The notes under the pieces are model-generated. The model worked only from the letters and a program-made list of their open reading frames with translations. It had not been told where the DNA came from and searched no databases. From Bdellovibrionota bacterium (GTDB taxonomy: Bacteria > Bdellovibrionota_C > UBA2361 > OMII01), in the NCBI GenBank assembly GCA_044356215.1, contig JBIKWQ010000004.1, positions 3,748 to 67,747 on the forward strand: a stretch of 64,000 nt of DNA. Reading direction: 5' to 3'. Below, one piece after another: positions 61,330-64,000 of the stretch. The position numbers and the translations under genes were made by a program. The number at the start of each line of letters is the position of its first letter. Positions within the stretch are counted from its first letter, which is position 1.

Positions 61330-62046
61330 ATGTCTGATTACGTTGATTATCTTGATCGAATTTCGGCTCCTAAGACTTTTAATCGAAAGTGTCAGTGGCT
61401 TAGGCATAATTTTGGATCCCTATTTGAGGCTAATCAAAAAATCCTAGAGATAGGACCAGGTCTAGGCGAGTTTATCAGCTTCGTTTCTGAGAAGGGGGAT
61501 CCTGTAATAGACGTGATCGACAGAGATCAAGGTGTCCTCGACCGAGTTAAATCTAAATTCAAGGTACGTAACGCGTGGAGATGTTCGGCTGAGGAGATGG
61601 GAGAGCTCGAAGGGCAGCTTGACCGTTATGATAGAGTTTTTTTGTTGCAGGTAATGGAGCACATCGAGACTAGATCTCTTCCCGGGTTCCTAAGGGCCCT
61701 TTATAAGAGCCTCGCTCCCGGCGGCTTAATAGTAATTACCGTGCCAAATGGTGGTAACCCTTTAAGCATAGTGGAGCGATATTCGGATATTACGCACCAC
61801 AACTTATTTAGCGAGAACTCTCTTAAGCAGTTGGTTGAGATGAGCGATTTAAAGGGAGCTACCTGCCGTGTTCAGGGCTATTCAATTCCTCCTGTATCCA
61901 CGATCGATATTATAAGAAAAGTGGCCCGAAAGGTTTTGCACCTGACTCTAAAGGGAGTCATGGCTGTTAACGGCGGTGTGTTTTTCTCGATTTACGATCC
62001 GAACATAACGCTAATAATTGAGAAACCGAGAGATGCAAATAGTTGA
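61330..62046 (+). CDS. class I SAM-dependent methyltransferase
   Basis: Motif I LEIGPGLGEF and Methyltransf_11/23-like layout; 238 aa. Confidence 0.65.
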   Translation: MSDYVDYLDRISAPKTFNRKCQWLRHNFGSLFEANQKILEIGPGLGEFISFVSEKGDPVIDVIDRDQGVLDRVKSKFKVRNAWRCSAEEMGELEGQLDRYDRVFLLQVMEHIETRSLPGFLRALYKSLAPGGLIVITVPNGGNPLSIVERYSDITHHNLFSENSLKQLVEMSDLKGATCRVQGYSIPPVSTIDIIRKVARKVLHLTLKGVMAVNGGVFFSIYDPNITLIIEKPRDANS

Positions 62047-63286
62047 TCCGTCGGATTCAAAGACCTCTCATCCGATTAAGTTGCCGGTAGCGGCGATTAT
62101 TTTCCTCACTGTAGTCAATTTACTCAATTATTTCGATCGCTATATCGTTCAGTCAGTAGAGCCAACGATCACTCGCGAATTCGGCTTGACGAATACAGAG
62201 GCGGGATACGTCGTATCAGCATTTGTTCTCGGTTACTTTATCTTCTCCCCAATATTTGGCTTTTTAGGGGATAGATTTGATCGTCGCTGGGTTATGGCGT
62301 TAGGGCTATTTGCCTGGAGTCTCTCGACAGCTCTGACATCTTTCGCCACCGGTATTTTAAGCTTTGTCATCGCGCGGGTGTTGGTGGGGGTAGGAGAGGC
62401 ATGCTACGGAGCGATAGTGCCGGTTTACCTGCAAGGAAGAATTCCTAACACTTTGGCTCTTAACAAGGCGCTGTCGGTATTCTATGTCGCTATTCCGGTT
62501 GGCTCAGCGCTAGGTTATGTCGCGGGAGGTCAGATCGCCGCTCAATATGGATGGCGAAACCTGTTTCTGCTAGCCGCGATTCCCGGGGTGATTTTGTCAT
62601 TTGGTTTTCTAGCGTTAAAGGCTGAAGGGCTGGCTGGGGAAAAGAGATCTCGCGAAAAAGGAGTAGGTGCTTGGTCCGGGCTTAGACAGATATTGACCAA
62701 TCCTTTTCTGGTCCTTGTGATCTTAGGATATATTTTAAATACCTTCGCCCTCAATGGAGTCGCCGCGTTTGTAGTACGACATGGCACTGATTTAGGTTTG
62801 AGCGAGGCGGCCTCGTCCTCTTATTTCGGAGCGATCCTTGTATTAGCTGGACTGTTAGGGACGATGGGAGGAGGGTTTTTAGCGTCGCGTCTAGCCGCCG
62901 GAAGCGCTGACGCAATCCGCCCATTGACGCGGTTTCTGGCGTTTTCAACGCTATTAGCCGTTCCTTTTCTTGCCTTCTGCTTTATCTCAAAATCCGTTGA
63001 GGGGTTTTTAATCGGGTGCTTCTTAGCGGAGCTTCTTATCTTCGCCGGTGTGGCTCCGTTAAATTCAGTTATCGTGGAGAGAGCTCCTACTGGACTGGAA
63101 TCATTCACTCAGGGTGTTACTATCTTCTCCATTCAGCTATTCGGTGGATTTCTCGGCCCAGTGGTTATCGGCGCGATAGCTGACGCGACAGGCTCCCTCC
63201 CACTAGCGATGCAGGGTACCACCGCGGCTCTTCTCGCTTCCGGATTGCTGTGGCTTGTAGCGGAGAAAAGAGCTCTCTCGAAATAA
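62033..63286 (+). CDS. MFS transporter
   Basis: 12-TM profile with the MFS signature G.LGDRFDRR; start ATG 62033 or TTG 62018. Confidence 0.8.
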   Translation: MQIVDPSDSKTSHPIKLPVAAIIFLTVVNLLNYFDRYIVQSVEPTITREFGLTNTEAGYVVSAFVLGYFIFSPIFGFLGDRFDRRWVMALGLFAWSLSTALTSFATGILSFVIARVLVGVGEACYGAIVPVYLQGRIPNTLALNKALSVFYVAIPVGSALGYVAGGQIAAQYGWRNLFLLAAIPGVILSFGFLALKAEGLAGEKRSREKGVGAWSGLRQILTNPFLVLVILGYILNTFALNGVAAFVVRHGTDLGLSEAASSSYFGAILVLAGLLGTMGGGFLASRLAAGSADAIRPLTRFLAFSTLLAVPFLAFCFISKSVEGFLIGCFLAELLIFAGVAPLNSVIVERAPTGLESFTQGVTIFSIQLFGGFLGPVVIGAIADATGSLPLAMQGTTAALLASGLLWLVAEKRALSK

Positions 63287-63298
63287 GCCAGGCGAAAC

Positions 63299-63919
63299 CT
63301 ACCCAAAATTAACGGCCCCGAGATGTAGTGGTGGCTCCATCTCAACTCCGAAAAGGCCCGAAGAGTATTTTCTCGATAGCTCCTCTGATCTCTTCGCAAA
63401 ACCTCCCGAGCTCATTATAAAGGCGAGCGCTTGATTAATTCGAGGAAGCGCCTCAGGCCAATCAGGACGAATGGCGAACGAGTTGTCGCAGATATCGATC
63501 ATCGTCGCGCGGTCATCAAATAGCGGTAACAGCTCTCCAGCATGCTCTCGAGATTGATACGAAGTAACCATTGAGTTGCAGATGAAGATATGGGCTGGAC
63601 GCGGAACTCCTTTTAGGAGAATGCGGTCAATCCCCTCATCGATTGTGTCGCAGATTATCAGGGCGCTGTCAGCCCTGTTAAGCCTGGTATTCGCGATTAG
63701 ATGGGCACGACTATTTTTGATAACAGCGATCCGATATTGCGGGTCTCTTAGATCTTCAAAGTTGGTCGGAACAGCTAGTTGAGCGAGTCCTGCCGTTTCC
63801 CTTTGCCTCATCAAAGCTGATATTCCGATCCGATTCACAGGTAGAGAGAAGAGAATGTTCGATGGAGCATGCGGGATCGACACCATCGGCCCAAAAAGAT
63901 CTATCTCCCCCAGCCTCAA
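63299..63919 (-). CDS. substrate-binding-protein family 3 (PBPb) domain protein, apparently only the C-terminal lobe
   Basis: C-terminal SBP_bac_3-like region (...DSALIICDTIDEG..., ...INQALAFIMSSGGF...); no signal peptide; TTG start after an in-window stop. Confidence 0.35.
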   Translation of the reverse strand: MRLGEIDLFGPMVSIPHAPSNILFSLPVNRIGISALMRQRETAGLAQLAVPTNFEDLRDPQYRIAVIKNSRAHLIANTRLNRADSALIICDTIDEGIDRILLKGVPRPAHIFICNSMVTSYQSREHAGELLPLFDDRATMIDICDNSFAIRPDWPEALPRINQALAFIMSSGGFAKRSEELSRKYSSGLFGVEMEPPLHLGAVNFG

Positions 63920-64000
63920 TTTCTCGACATGGCGGCTAAATGCTATTGGAACCGCTTGGATCTGACACCTTAGCGAATTCTCGAGATACGCGATCAGATC

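Overview
Bacterial chromosomal segment from a diderm (Gram-negative-type) organism, roughly 50-55% GC by eye, with frequent GTG/TTG starts and TGA, TAA and TAG all used as stops. The window splits into three blocks. (1) 1-10.1 kb: a NADH:quinone oxidoreductase (complex I) gene cluster, nuoD (5' partial)-E-G-H-J-K-L-M-N, with nuoF and nuoI absent from the cluster, followed by a convergent hypothetical gene. (2) 11.7-27.8 kb: a fused str-S10-spc ribosomal super-operon, rpsL-rpsG-fusA-tuf | rpsJ...rplO | secY-adk. It has no S14 gene between rplE and rpsH and none of the alpha-operon genes after adk; a periplasmic-binding protein gene and an FAD-binding oxidoreductase gene follow instead. (3) 30-55 kb: an accessory region. 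It contains a TGA-interrupted Gly/Ala-rich membrane protein gene, a beta-CASP MBL RNase, an Aas-like acyltransferase-ACP-acyl-ACP-synthetase fusion, and a tRNA-Arg(UCG). Downstream of the tRNA lies a Wzx/Wzy-type polysaccharide locus: epimerases, three GT4 glycosyltransferases, initiating phosphoglycosyltransferase, Wzx flippase, Wzy/WaaL-family O-antigen ligase/polymerase, Wza-Wzc export pair and a pectate-lyase-fold protein. Embedded in that locus are a DUF898-M48 metallopeptidase pair, a VapBC/Phd-type toxin-antitoxin pair with a palindromic operator, a 261-bp MITE-like inverted-repeat element plus one solo copy of its end, and a low-GC 1.46-kb insertion carrying a DUF4143-type AAA ATPase flanked by perfect 72-bp direct repeats. 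The window ends with glmS, a long imperfect inverted repeat, the start of the dcw cluster (mraZ with a TGGNN x3 candidate MraZ operator, rsmH, ftsL, ftsI) and then non-dcw genes (methyltransferase, MFS transporter, SBP-domain protein). No rRNA genes and no CRISPR array were seen.
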